This document shows positions 9,673-18,904 of a stretch of DNA of 64,000 nt, in pieces; position 1 is the first letter of the stretch; every line of letters begins with the position of its first letter. Under the pieces are notes generated by a model, which was not told the origin of the DNA, ran no database searches, and was given only the letters and a program-made list of their open reading frames with translations. Both the position numbers and the translations under genes were made by a program. Source of the stretch: Pseudomonadota bacterium (GTDB taxonomy: Bacteria > Desulfobacterota > Desulfobacteria > Desulfobacterales > JBDRRP01); NCBI GenBank assembly GCA_043825735.1, contig JBDRRP010000112.1:1-64000 (forward strand). The letters run 5' to 3'.

Positions 9673-10291
9673 CGTCTGCGAGATATTCACCTCGATCCAG
9701 GGCGAGGGCCCTCTCATGGGCCGCCCGGCGGTTTTTTTGCGCCTGGCCGGGTGCGTGCCACCATTTTGTGAAGCCTGCGATACGCCCCAGGCGCTTGTTC
9801 CCGGCCGTCCAATGTCTGTCGAGGCCATTGTCGACGCTCTGGGGGACGCGCCGCCCCTGGTGGTCATCACCGGCGGAGAGCCGTTTTGCCAGTGGGAGAC
9901 GGGGTTGGCAACACTGGTGTCGCGCCTTGATGCTTCAGGACGCGACATTCAGTTTGAAACCAGCGGCAAAGCCGGCATCCCGGCCCAGGCCCTGGGACTG
10001 GTGGTCTGCTCACCAAAACCCATGGACTGTCCAACGCTCGACACCGCCGCCAGCAGTCGGGCCGATGTATTTAAATTCGTCATCGCTGAAGGGGACACCG
10101 GAGAAGAAACCCTCGCGAGGATCCCGGCCTTGAACCTGCCTGCCGAAAAAGTGTGGCTGATGCCCGAGGGACAAACCCGGGCCCAGCAGCTTCGATGCAT
10201 GCCGAGGGTGTGGGAGATGTGTGTGAAATCGGGCTACCGGTTTTCACCCCGGCTGCACATATTGACATTTGACGATAAAAAGGGAGTCTGA
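9665..10291 (+). CDS. queE: 7-carboxy-7-deazaguanine synthase (radical SAM)
   Basis: EIFTSIQGEG, FLRLAGC..C..CDT, ITGGEP and SPRLH motifs. Confidence 0.9.
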   Translation: MLDVCEIFTSIQGEGPLMGRPAVFLRLAGCVPPFCEACDTPQALVPGRPMSVEAIVDALGDAPPLVVITGGEPFCQWETGLATLVSRLDASGRDIQFETSGKAGIPAQALGLVVCSPKPMDCPTLDTAASSRADVFKFVIAEGDTGEETLARIPALNLPAEKVWLMPEGQTRAQQLRCMPRVWEMCVKSGYRFSPRLHILTFDDKKGV

Positions 10292-10294
10292 ACG

Positions 10295-10951
10295 ATGGAT
10301 GCCGTCATCATCTTATCCGGCGGGATGGATTCGGCCGTGCTGCTGACCAGTCAGCTGCCCAAGGGAACAAAACTTTCGGCTATCAGCTTCGATTACGGCG
10401 CCAAGCACAATCACCGGGAAATTCCCATGGCGGCGGCGTTGTGCCGGCAAGCCAAAGTAACGCACACGGTTGTGGCGCTGCCTTTCGTAAACGAGCTTTT
10501 TGTTTCGGATCTTCTGATTTCCGGGGATGATGTGCCTGACGGCGCTTACGATGCGGAAAACATGAAGCAGACCGTGGTGCCGTTTCGAAACGGCATCATG
10601 CTTGCCATTGCCGCCGGCTATGCGGAGTCACTGGGGGCTTCCCGGCTCCTGATCGGTTCCCACAGCGGGGACCACGCCATCTACCCGGACTGCCGTCCAC
10701 CGTTCACGGCGGCCATGGGCGCTGCCATTGCCGCCGGCACCGGCAATCAGGTGGCCCTCGAAGTGCCGTTTGCCGCACTGGATAAACGAGATATCGGGGA
10801 CCTGGGACGGCGCCTGGGAGTCGATTTCCGGCAGACCTGGACTTGCTACAAGGGCGGCCAGATCCACTGCGGCACGTGCGGGGCCTGCGATGAGCGCAAG
10901 TATGCCCTTCGGTGGGAAGAGGGGTTGGACCCGACGGAATATGAGAAATGA
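10295..10951 (+). CDS. queC: 7-cyano-7-deazaguanine synthase
   Basis: SGGMDS, VPFRNG, YPDCR and TWTCY..HCGTCGAC motifs. Confidence 0.95.
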   Translation: MDAVIILSGGMDSAVLLTSQLPKGTKLSAISFDYGAKHNHREIPMAAALCRQAKVTHTVVALPFVNELFVSDLLISGDDVPDGAYDAENMKQTVVPFRNGIMLAIAAGYAESLGASRLLIGSHSGDHAIYPDCRPPFTAAMGAAIAAGTGNQVALEVPFAALDKRDIGDLGRRLGVDFRQTWTCYKGGQIHCGTCGACDERKYALRWEEGLDPTEYEK

Positions 10952-11772
10952 CAACACTGGATGAGACGCCGCTGGGAAAACCGGTGGATTATTCTGATCA
11001 TTACGACCCGGGGCTACTGTGTCCGATTTCCCGGGAAGCGGGGCGGGCGGATCTGGGATTGACACCGGGGGAGGCACTGCCGTTTTTCGGAGAAGATGTG
11101 TGGAACGCCTACGAGCTGTCGTGGCTGGATAATACAGGGAAACCCGAGATCGCCATGATGGAGATACGGGTGCCGGTAGATTCTCCTTTTCTGGTGGAGT
11201 CCAAGTCCCTGAAGCTCTACTTGAGCAGTTTCAACATGTCGCGGTTTTCTTCCGGCGACCGGGTGGCGAGCATTGTGAAAAAAGACCTGTCGCTGGCCAC
11301 CGGGCATGCGGTGACGGTGACACTGGTGGCGCCGGAGCAGTTCAGTGACGTTGAGATCCGTGAGCCGCCGGGGGGCTGCCTTGATCTTACTGCGCCGCGT
11401 CTGGTCGGATATACCCTTGATGCCCAGGGGCTGAAATGCGCAGATCGGGTTGTTTCGGAAGCCTGGTTCACCCGTCTTTTTCGCTCCACATGCCCGGTCA
11501 CGGGACAGCCGGACTGGGGGACGATATCCATCGTATACACCGGCAACAAAATCGATGCGGCCGGGCTCTTGGGGTATCTTATCAGCTTTCGCCAGTACGC
11601 GGGGTTTCACGAAAACTGTGTGGAGCGGATATTTATGGATATCACCAGGCGCTGCCGGCCAGAAGCATTGACCGTGTCGGCCCGGTTTACCCGGCGGGGG
11701 GGGCTGGATATCAATCCGGTGCGCTCTATCGGACCGGTGGTGGTGGATAACATCAGAGATCCGCGGCAGTAG
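10948..11772 (+). CDS. queF: NADPH-dependent preQ0 reductase (long, bimodular type)
   Basis: ESKSLKLYL, CPVTGQPDW, FHENCVE and TRRGGLDINP motifs. Confidence 0.95.
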   Translation: MTTLDETPLGKPVDYSDHYDPGLLCPISREAGRADLGLTPGEALPFFGEDVWNAYELSWLDNTGKPEIAMMEIRVPVDSPFLVESKSLKLYLSSFNMSRFSSGDRVASIVKKDLSLATGHAVTVTLVAPEQFSDVEIREPPGGCLDLTAPRLVGYTLDAQGLKCADRVVSEAWFTRLFRSTCPVTGQPDWGTISIVYTGNKIDAAGLLGYLISFRQYAGFHENCVERIFMDITRRCRPEALTVSARFTRRGGLDINPVRSIGPVVVDNIRDPRQ

Positions 11773-11779
11773 ACTTAGG

Positions 11780-11870
11780 GCGCGGATGACAGCGAGGGGC
11801 TTTTTGCGGCCTGCGGCAGGAAACCTTCAACCCAAAACCTCTCTTGGCACGGATTTCAAGGATTGAAGGT
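11780..11870 (+). repeat. Degenerate copy of the modular repeat
   Basis: cgcggatgac..gcggcctgcggc..caaaacct..ttggcacggattt resembles 2035-2060 and 13490-13540. Confidence 0.55.
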
Positions 11871-11937
11871 CGATGGGTAAAAGCAGAAAATTCATGAACC
11901 GCTATTCCCCCGAACGTCACACCGTGCACAGGGTAGC

Positions 11938-12840
11938 TTACGCCTTGCCGTGCCTCTCTTCAAAATAGGCCCGCACCACTTCCATGAATGCCTTCAGGGC
12001 CGGTGACAGCCATTTTTCTTTATACCAAACCATCAGGATGGCCACTTCGATCGCCTCGGACGGGTACGGGATGACCGCCAGTCGGCGAGCGGTAAGGTCT
12101 TCGGCAGCTTCCGACAACGGAAGTATCGTGATACCAAGACCTTCGGCAACGCACCGGCGAATGGCGGCCACACTGTTGAATTCCATGACGGTGGTGGGTT
12201 TCACGGCATTCTGGGCAAGCATGGATTCGAAGCTGCGGCGGTAGGCGCAGTCGACGCGTGAAAGAAGCAATGGGTGGTCTGCGAAGTCCTTGATCGTTAT
12301 TTTCTGTTTTCGGACCAACGGATGATCGGGTGCGGCCACGATAATGATGGTTTCGGTTCCCAGGATATCAGCGCTCAGAGCGGATTCTGAGATGGACTCT
12401 GTGAAGAGAAAGGCAAGATCGGTGACCCCTTTCCGGAGGTCACGCTGGAGGCCTTCCACGGCGCAGGTGATGAACTGGAGACGCACTGCCGGAAAAGCGG
12501 TGCAATAGGTTTTCAGTATGGCTGGGAGGTGGCAGACACCGAAAGATTCGGGGATGCGGATGGTGAGCGTGCCCCCAGGCTGACGGGTGCCCAGCATTTC
12601 AGATCGGGTCTCTGCTGCCAGCGTGACGAGCTTTTCGGCGTAGGGGAGCAGGTGCTCACCAGCCTCTGTCAACACGATTCGTCGCCCCAAGCGGTCGAAC
12701 AGTTTGACGCCCAGCTCGTCCTCAAGGGTCTGAATCTGCGCAGAAACGCTGGATTGGGCATAGTTGAGCAATTCAGCGGCCCGGATAAAGCTGAGGTGGT
12801 GGGCCACGGAGAGAAACGTAGCGAGGTGCCGCAGTTCCAT
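11938..12840 (-). CDS. LysR family transcriptional regulator
   Basis: N-terminal HTH (SFIRAAELLNYAQSSVSAQIQTLE..LFDR). Confidence 0.95.
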   Translation of the reverse strand: MELRHLATFLSVAHHLSFIRAAELLNYAQSSVSAQIQTLEDELGVKLFDRLGRRIVLTEAGEHLLPYAEKLVTLAAETRSEMLGTRQPGGTLTIRIPESFGVCHLPAILKTYCTAFPAVRLQFITCAVEGLQRDLRKGVTDLAFLFTESISESALSADILGTETIIIVAAPDHPLVRKQKITIKDFADHPLLLSRVDCAYRRSFESMLAQNAVKPTTVMEFNSVAAIRRCVAEGLGITILPLSEAAEDLTARRLAVIPYPSEAIEVAILMVWYKEKWLSPALKAFMEVVRAYFEERHGKA

Positions 12841-12959
12841 TGATCGCAATTCCCGATGAGTGATATCGGTATAAATCGTTTGTGCCGATAATTGAAGTTG
12901 ATATATCGAAATATCAGAAATATCAACTTTGACTCTGGATCCACAGGGGGGCGAAAATG

Positions 12960-13067
12960 GATACGGTGGAAAAAGTCATGCGTTAAAGCTAAGGCAATGA
13001 TGTTAATAACATCTTTCTTGGCGTACTTGGCGCCTCTGCGAGAAAATTGCTTTTTTACAAGGTTGTC
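12960..13067. mobile_element. Degenerate MITE-like element related to 30714-30855
   Basis: Ends GATACGGTGGAAAAAGTC and GCTTTTTTACAAGGTTGTC; internal CTTGGCG..CTTGGCG..CTCTGCG nonamers. Confidence 0.5.
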
Positions 13068-13088
13068 AAAGTTTTGGAGGTGGAGAAT

Positions 13089-13433
13089 ATGTTCCCGGAT
13101 ATCGAAGAGATTCGAAAAGAGCGAAAACGATACAACGGCAAGCTTTTCCTGAGCGGTGTGGAAACCTTCCGGAAGATGGGCGAGGTTGAGGAGAGGGCGC
13201 TTCAAAGCGGGGCGCTGGACCGGAAGACAAAGGAGCTGATCGCACTGGGCATCAGTATGGCCAACAGCTGCTACGGTTGAATCGAATATCACGTCAGCAG
13301 TGCTGCTGACCTCGGGGCGAGCGCAAAAGAAATACTGGAGGCGGCTGCGGTGGCAGTGGCCTTGTGCGGGAGCGTGGCCGACTGGCCGGCACGGTTTGTG
13401 GTCAAGGTGCTGGAAGATATCGGTCAAAAATAG
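13089..13433 (+). CDS. AhpD/carboxymuconolactone decarboxylase family protein; probable selenoprotein (C-Y-G-U)
   Basis: LDRKTKELIALGIS..CYG, in-frame TGA at 13278-13280, then IEYHV..GAS.KEILEA continues the family motif to TAG at 13433. Confidence 0.85.
13293..13310 (+). promoter_or_regulatory. Candidate bacterial SECIS hairpin
   Basis: GTCAGCA-GTGC-TGCTGAC stem-loop starting 12 nt after the UGA, with a G-initiated loop. Confidence 0.65.
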
Positions 13434-13479
13434 GGCGACTGCTGTCGCAGCCGGCAAGGATGACGCGGTTAAAATCATC

Positions 13480-13770
13480 GGCGGCTTCGTCGGAAGCCTT
13501 GAGACCAAAACCTTTTTTGGCAAGGATTTCGCGGATTACGCGACTGGAGGAAGGGCGGCTTCGCCGCAACGGCAAAAACAACAGCAAAGAGATTTATCCA
13601 CAGATTTCACAGATTTTCACAGATTAAGGGAAAAGGGGCGGCTTTCGGCCAATCAGTCCGATCCGACCAAACAACCTAAACGATCCCAACGATCCCAACG
13701 ATCCCAACGATCCCAACGAGCCCAACGATCCCAACGATCCCAACGCGCCTCTGGCGCCAACGGTCCACCT
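13480..13770 (+). repeat. Modular repeat mosaic copy with a 7x AACGATCCC array (13679-13741)
   Basis: Hairpin, CACAGATT triplet, GGCTTTCGGCC-AATCAGT..GATCCGACCA..CAACCTA and nonamers, in the same order as copy A read on the minus strand. Confidence 0.9.
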
Positions 13771-13946
13771 CCCCGAAGGGCGCCGTGGCCGCCCCAATCA
13801 AAAGACTATCATTATTATTTTCATCGCTTGTTTGGATCTCATGATAATAAGGGGCGGATATCTGCCAGAACGGGGGGCAGGCGGTGGCCGTCGGAGACCC
13901 CGGTTCGCCCTAAACCTTGTTGACCATATTTAAGAGAGAAAGTCCC

Positions 13947-14069
13947 ATGACATCACGAACCTATCAAAAAAAAATGATCAAAAAGAGAAAACAACACGCC
14001 CACAAGAACAATCTCAAAGCCGATCAGAAACGCATCGCCAAAAACCAGGAAATTGTGTCCAAACCATAG
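13947..14069 (+). CDS. Unannotated 40-aa basic protein (MTSRTYQKKMIKKRKQHAHKNNLKADQKRIAKNQEIVSKP)
   Basis: ATG to TAG, purine-rich RBS-like AAGAGAG, K/R-rich; below the ORF-track length cutoff. Confidence 0.55.
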   Translation: MTSRTYQKKMIKKRKQHAHKNNLKADQKRIAKNQEIVSKP

Positions 14070-14350
14070 CCGATCTTCACCGGCGTGTCGGTGGCGGGGC
14101 ATTGGCCCCGCCTTCGACAATGACCTCATGGCACCTCAGGCTTTTCCGCTTTCCACCCCGCATTTCCAATCGATCCTGTGAACCGGCGTCGGCCGTCACC
14201 ACGGCGCCCGGCGCTCCCATTGGCATGGGCGACGCTCTGTAAAAAAAATGTAAAATCCCGAACAATGATTCCACAATGCCGGGTGTGCACGGTAATAAGA
14301 GTGCCTGTGGGGTCCGGGGTTGGAGCTCTCGCGCGAAAGGATGCATTTTT

Positions 14351-15457
14351 GTGGTAAAATTGCCTGAATTGCGAATCGGAGAACTGGTGGCACCCGTGCC
14401 CATCGTTCAGGGGGGGATGGGCGTAGGGATTTCCATGTCGCGTCTGGCTGCTGCGGTGGCCAATGAAGGCGGCATCGGCGTGCTTTCCGCTGCCATGCCG
14501 GGGTTCATGGAGCGGGATGTGAAATCCAACATGAAAGAGGCCAACATCCGCGGTCTGCGCTTGGAAATCCGCAAGGCGCGGGAGGCGACTCGCGGTGTGT
14601 TGGGCGTCAACATCATGGTGGCATTGACCGATTATGCGGACATGGTGAACGTGTCCGTGGAAGAAGGCATCGATATCATTTTTTCAGGGGCAGGCATGCC
14701 GCTGTCGCTTCCCGAATACCTGCCGGAAGGATCGAAAACAAAGCTGTCCCCGATCGTGTCTTCAGGTCGGGCGGCAATGCTCATCTGCAAAAAGTGGCTC
14801 AAGCGCTACAACGTCCTGCCCGATGCCGTGGTGGTTGAAGGCCCCAAGGCCGGCGGTCATCTCGGCTTCAAGAACGATGAGATCGATGACCCGGCGCATG
14901 CGCTGGAGGTGTTGGTTCCCCAGGTGAAGGCTGCACTGAACCCTTTCGAGGAGGAATATGGCAAGCGCATCCCGGTGATTGCCGCCGGCGGCGTCTACAC
15001 CGGCCGGGACATGTTTGACACCATGGCGCTGGGGGCCGACGCTGTCCAGCTTGGCACCCGGTTTGTGGCTACCCACGAGTGTGATGCCGAGATGGGGTTC
15101 AAACAGACCTACATCGACGCTAAACAGGACGACATCGTCGTCATCAAGAGCCCGGTGGGTATGCCGGGGCGTGCTATCCGAAACCCGTTTCTCGATGCCG
15201 CCCGAAACGGAGAGCGCACCCCCATGAAATGCCCCTTTCACTGTATCCGTACCTGCGATCCTGAAAAAAGTCCCTACTGTATCGCCACGGCGTTGGCCAA
15301 CGCCCGAAGGGGAAAATTCACATACGGTTTTGCCTTTGCCGGCGCCAATGCCTGGCGGGTAGACAAAATCGTGCCGGTGAAAGATCTCATGTCGGAATTG
15401 TCCGCTGGCTATCTTGCCGCGGCAGCGGCGGGTGCCAGGGAAAAGGGTGCCGTATAA
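14351..15457 (+). CDS. Nitronate monooxygenase / FabK-like flavin oxidoreductase
   Basis: PIVQGGMGVGIS, VEGPKAGGHLG, IAAGG and QLGTRF motifs. Confidence 0.9.
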   Translation: MVKLPELRIGELVAPVPIVQGGMGVGISMSRLAAAVANEGGIGVLSAAMPGFMERDVKSNMKEANIRGLRLEIRKAREATRGVLGVNIMVALTDYADMVNVSVEEGIDIIFSGAGMPLSLPEYLPEGSKTKLSPIVSSGRAAMLICKKWLKRYNVLPDAVVVEGPKAGGHLGFKNDEIDDPAHALEVLVPQVKAALNPFEEEYGKRIPVIAAGGVYTGRDMFDTMALGADAVQLGTRFVATHECDAEMGFKQTYIDAKQDDIVVIKSPVGMPGRAIRNPFLDAARNGERTPMKCPFHCIRTCDPEKSPYCIATALANARRGKFTYGFAFAGANAWRVDKIVPVKDLMSELSAGYLAAAAAGAREKGAV

Positions 15458-15488
15458 GTCACTATGAGCTGACAGACAGGTTAAAAAG

Positions 15489-15524
15489 AAAAGCCCGTTG
15501 GCGCAACAGTGCCCGCGGGCTTTT
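15489..15524 (+). terminator. Rho-independent terminator
   Basis: AAAAGCCCG...CGGGCTTTT. Confidence 0.65.
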
Positions 15525-15834
15525 GTATATACAGGGCAATCGTCGTTAATCCCGGCCAATACAAGATCTGTCTGCACAGCACCGGCGCAGGTAAACTGAG
15601 TCGAATGAACGCATATCGTTTGACGTTGATAGTGGTTATTCGTTAAAGTATCGAAGAATTCCCACCGTTCTTAATCATTTCATTGCTAAGGGAAAATTCG
15701 GCGGTCGTGCGGCCGCCGATGGTCTATGATCCGATGGGGGAGTGATTCGGCGATTGCCACCGGCCACCGAGGGCAGCCACCGATGGCACCGGACCCGCTA
15801 AAACGTACCCCGCGCCAACCAACGGAGGAGAAAT

Positions 15835-17571
15835 ATGACGCTTCAAGCCTGGCCCACCGACCATTACCCCGCTGGGGTCCCGCGTGAAATCGATGGATGG
15901 GAAAAACCACTTTTTTCCCTGCTGGATGACGCTGCCGGACGATATCCTGAGCAGGTGTACACCATCTTCAACGACGGTAGGCGCACCTTCGCCCAGGTGC
16001 GGGACACGGCCAACCGGGTGGCCAGTTTTCTATCCGGACGCGGAATTCAAAAAGGAGACCGGGTAGGCATTTTTTTGCCGAATATCCCTCACTATCCTGA
16101 GATTTTTTTCGGCATCCTGAAGGCCGGCGCCGTCTGTGTGACTTGTAATCCGCTCTATACTGCCAGTGAGTTGAACTTCCAGTTAAATGACGCCGGGGTG
16201 AAGGCGGTCTTTTGTATGGATCATCCCCAGTTCTACTCCACGGCGGTAAAAGCGGTGGCGGGGACCGATGTGTCGACCGTGGTCGTGTGCAATATCAAAA
16301 AATACCTCCCGCCGATCAAAGGGTTTCTGGGCGGCCTCCTGGGAAAGATACCCAAGGCCGATCGCCACGAACCCGGGCACGTGATGTTCGACGACGCGGT
16401 GGCAGGTGCGGCACCCACACCGCCGCTCGTGAGCATCGATCCGCTCAGCGATCTTGCCTTGGTGATCTACACCGGGGGAACCACGGGGCGGCCCAAGGGG
16501 GCGGCACTGACCCATGCCAGCCTCGTCTTCGACGTGATGGGGCTCCACGAGTGGACGCGCATCCCCCATGAACCGGGCGGCAATCCCGAACAACTGCGCT
16601 CCGGCGGTTTTCACTGTTTTTTGGGTGTGCTGCCCATGTACCACAGCTTTGGCTTGACCATTGTGATGCTCTGGTCCTGTCACACCGCATCGAAGCTGGT
16701 CTGCATCCCGGACCCACGGGCGGGAAACCCGCCGTTTACCGAAGTGCTCAAAGCCGTTCAGAAATACAAAACCACCATTCTTTGCGGCGTTCCCACCATT
16801 TACGTGGCCTTCACCAACCATCCCCTTCTGGCGCAGTTCGATTTGTCTTCCATCATGGGCTGCGGATCGGGTGGAGCGCCCCTGCCAGTTGAGGTGGCAA
16901 AAAAGTTCGAGGAGAAAACCGGCGGTATCATCTTCGAGGCCTACGGTCTCAGCGAGACGGGCCCCCTGGCCACCATGAATCCCAGCAACCGGGAGGGCCG
17001 AAAATCCGGCTCGGTGGGGTTTCCCATTTCCAATACCGATGTGAAGATCCTCGACATCGAGACCTCCGCCATCGAACTGCCCCAGGGTGAAGACGGTGAA
17101 ATCGCCATCAGCGGCCCGCAGGTCCTGCAGGGATACTGGCAGCGTCCGGATGAAAACGACAAGATCTTTCGGGAGATCGACGGGCGCCGGTATTTTCTCA
17201 GCGGCGACATCGGCCACATCGATGAAGAAGGCTACATCATCATCACCGACCGCAAGAAAGACTTGATCCTTGTCGGCGGCTTCAACTGCTATCCGAGGGA
17301 AGTCGAAGAAGTGCTTTACGAACATCCCAAAGTCGCCATTGCCGCCGTCATCGGTATTCCGGACGAACGCAGCGGCGAAGCGGTGAAGGCGTTTGTCCAG
17401 CTCATTCCGGGCGAAACGGCCACCGAGCAGGAGATCATCGCGTTTTGCAAGGAGCGCCTGGCCGGTTATAAACGACCCAAGAGCGTCGAGTTCAGGGAAA
17501 CACTGCCAACGTCCGTCGTTGGCAAAGTGCTTCGCCGGGTGTTGCGTGATGAGGAATTGAAAAAAGCGTAG
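15835..17571 (+). CDS. fadD: Long-chain-fatty-acid--CoA ligase
   Basis: YTGGTTGRPKG, YGLSET, SGDIG, DRKKD and GKVLRR motifs; GGAGG RBS. Confidence 0.9.
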   Translation: MTLQAWPTDHYPAGVPREIDGWEKPLFSLLDDAAGRYPEQVYTIFNDGRRTFAQVRDTANRVASFLSGRGIQKGDRVGIFLPNIPHYPEIFFGILKAGAVCVTCNPLYTASELNFQLNDAGVKAVFCMDHPQFYSTAVKAVAGTDVSTVVVCNIKKYLPPIKGFLGGLLGKIPKADRHEPGHVMFDDAVAGAAPTPPLVSIDPLSDLALVIYTGGTTGRPKGAALTHASLVFDVMGLHEWTRIPHEPGGNPEQLRSGGFHCFLGVLPMYHSFGLTIVMLWSCHTASKLVCIPDPRAGNPPFTEVLKAVQKYKTTILCGVPTIYVAFTNHPLLAQFDLSSIMGCGSGGAPLPVEVAKKFEEKTGGIIFEAYGLSETGPLATMNPSNREGRKSGSVGFPISNTDVKILDIETSAIELPQGEDGEIAISGPQVLQGYWQRPDENDKIFREIDGRRYFLSGDIGHIDEEGYIIITDRKKDLILVGGFNCYPREVEEVLYEHPKVAIAAVIGIPDERSGEAVKAFVQLIPGETATEQEIIAFCKERLAGYKRPKSVEFRETLPTSVVGKVLRRVLRDEELKKA

Positions 17572-17630
17572 ATGACCCGCCTTTGCGATAAACGGCCATG
17601 GCGGGCAAGAAGGCGACAGATGGAAATTTA

Positions 17631-17702
17631 GGATTCAGGGATTGAGGGATTCAGGAATTCAGGAATTCAGGGATTGAGGGATTCAGGAATTCAGGGATTG
17701 AG
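17631..17702 (+). repeat. 8-nt tandem repeat, 9 units of G(G/A)ATT(C/G)AG
   Basis: Read directly from the sequence. Confidence 0.9.
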
Positions 17703-17751
17703 GGACTTGTCGGCCGGCGGTTTGTGGCGGATTGACGAAGAAAGTATTTTC

Positions 17752-18888
17752 ATGAAACGCACATTGACTTTTACCGAAGTCCACGACGATTTCCGATCAC
17801 GCCTGCGGGACTTTCTATCCGTTCACGTGGCGCCTCATACCCGTCGGTGGGAAGTGGACGGGATGGTGCCCCGACATATCTGGCGTCAAATGGGTGAAAA
17901 CGGATTTTTGTGCGCGGCACTGCCTCCTGAATACGGGGGACTGGGCGGTGATTTCCGCTATGGGGTCATCGTCATTGAGGAACTGGCCCGCATCGGACAG
18001 AACGGTCTTGCGGCACCGCTCCATAGCGATATTGTCGTGCCCTATATCAGCAGCTATGGCACCGAAACCCTGAAAGCAGCCTATCTGCCGGGGTGTGCCG
18101 ATGGGTCCTGTGTCACGGCCGTGGCCATGACTGAACCCGGAGCCGGAAGCGATCTTTCAGCCATGTCCGCAACCGCCGTCGAAGATGGAGACGAGATCGT
18201 CATTAACGGCGCCAAGACATTCATATCCAACGGCCTGCTTTGCGATCTGGTGGTGGTGGCGGCCAAGGACCCGGACGCAGCCAATCCATACGAGGCCATA
18301 TCGCTCTTCGTTGTTGAAGACGGAACGCCCGGCTTCAATAAAGGACAAAAACTCAAGAAGATGGGTCTGGAAAGCCAGGACACCGCGGAGCTGTTTTTTT
18401 CCGACTGCCGCATCCCTGCGGTCAATCGTTTGGGAACCAAGGGGGGCGGGTTTCTCATGCTTATGGAAAAACTCCAGCAGGAGCGGCTGGTGGTTGCCGT
18501 ATGGGCCGTGGCAGCGGCGCGCTATGTGTCAGACTGGCTGATGACCCACCGGGAGGCGTTGAAACAATCCGGCCGAATAGGGCAGGCTGCCCAGTTCGCC
18601 CTGGTGGAAATGGCCACCGAGACTACTCTCGGGCAGGTCTTCATCGACGCGTTGGTCACCGCCCACATGGCCGGTGACCAGGTCGTTGGCGAGACGTCAA
18701 TGGCCAAGTACTGGACGACCGATATGGCCAAGCGCATCTGCGACCGGGGCCTGGATCTGCTCGGCACCACCGCCGCCGGCAATGATCACCCGGTGGCCCG
18801 GATGTTCCGGGATATGCGGGTGATGAGCATCTTTGCCGGCACTAACGAGATCATGAAGGGGATCGCGGCCAAGTGCATGGGGCTGTAG
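17752..18888 (+). CDS. Acyl-CoA dehydrogenase
   Basis: AMTEPGAGSD, NGAKTFISNG and IFAGTNEIMK motifs. Confidence 0.95.
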   Translation: MKRTLTFTEVHDDFRSRLRDFLSVHVAPHTRRWEVDGMVPRHIWRQMGENGFLCAALPPEYGGLGGDFRYGVIVIEELARIGQNGLAAPLHSDIVVPYISSYGTETLKAAYLPGCADGSCVTAVAMTEPGAGSDLSAMSATAVEDGDEIVINGAKTFISNGLLCDLVVVAAKDPDAANPYEAISLFVVEDGTPGFNKGQKLKKMGLESQDTAELFFSDCRIPAVNRLGTKGGGFLMLMEKLQQERLVVAVWAVAAARYVSDWLMTHREALKQSGRIGQAAQFALVEMATETTLGQVFIDALVTAHMAGDQVVGETSMAKYWTTDMAKRICDRGLDLLGTTAAGNDHPVARMFRDMRVMSIFAGTNEIMKGIAAKCMGL

Positions 18889-18904
18889 CGGGCTGGCGCT
18901 GGCC

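Noticed and set aside
9268..11772. 7-deazaguanine DNA-modification (dpd) system
   Set aside because: No dpdA/tgt paralogue nearby, queF is present and GC is host-like, so this looks like ordinary queuosine synthesis
17674..17751. N-terminal extension of the acyl-CoA dehydrogenase
   Set aside because: It is translated octamer repeat; the ATG at 17752 is the more plausible start
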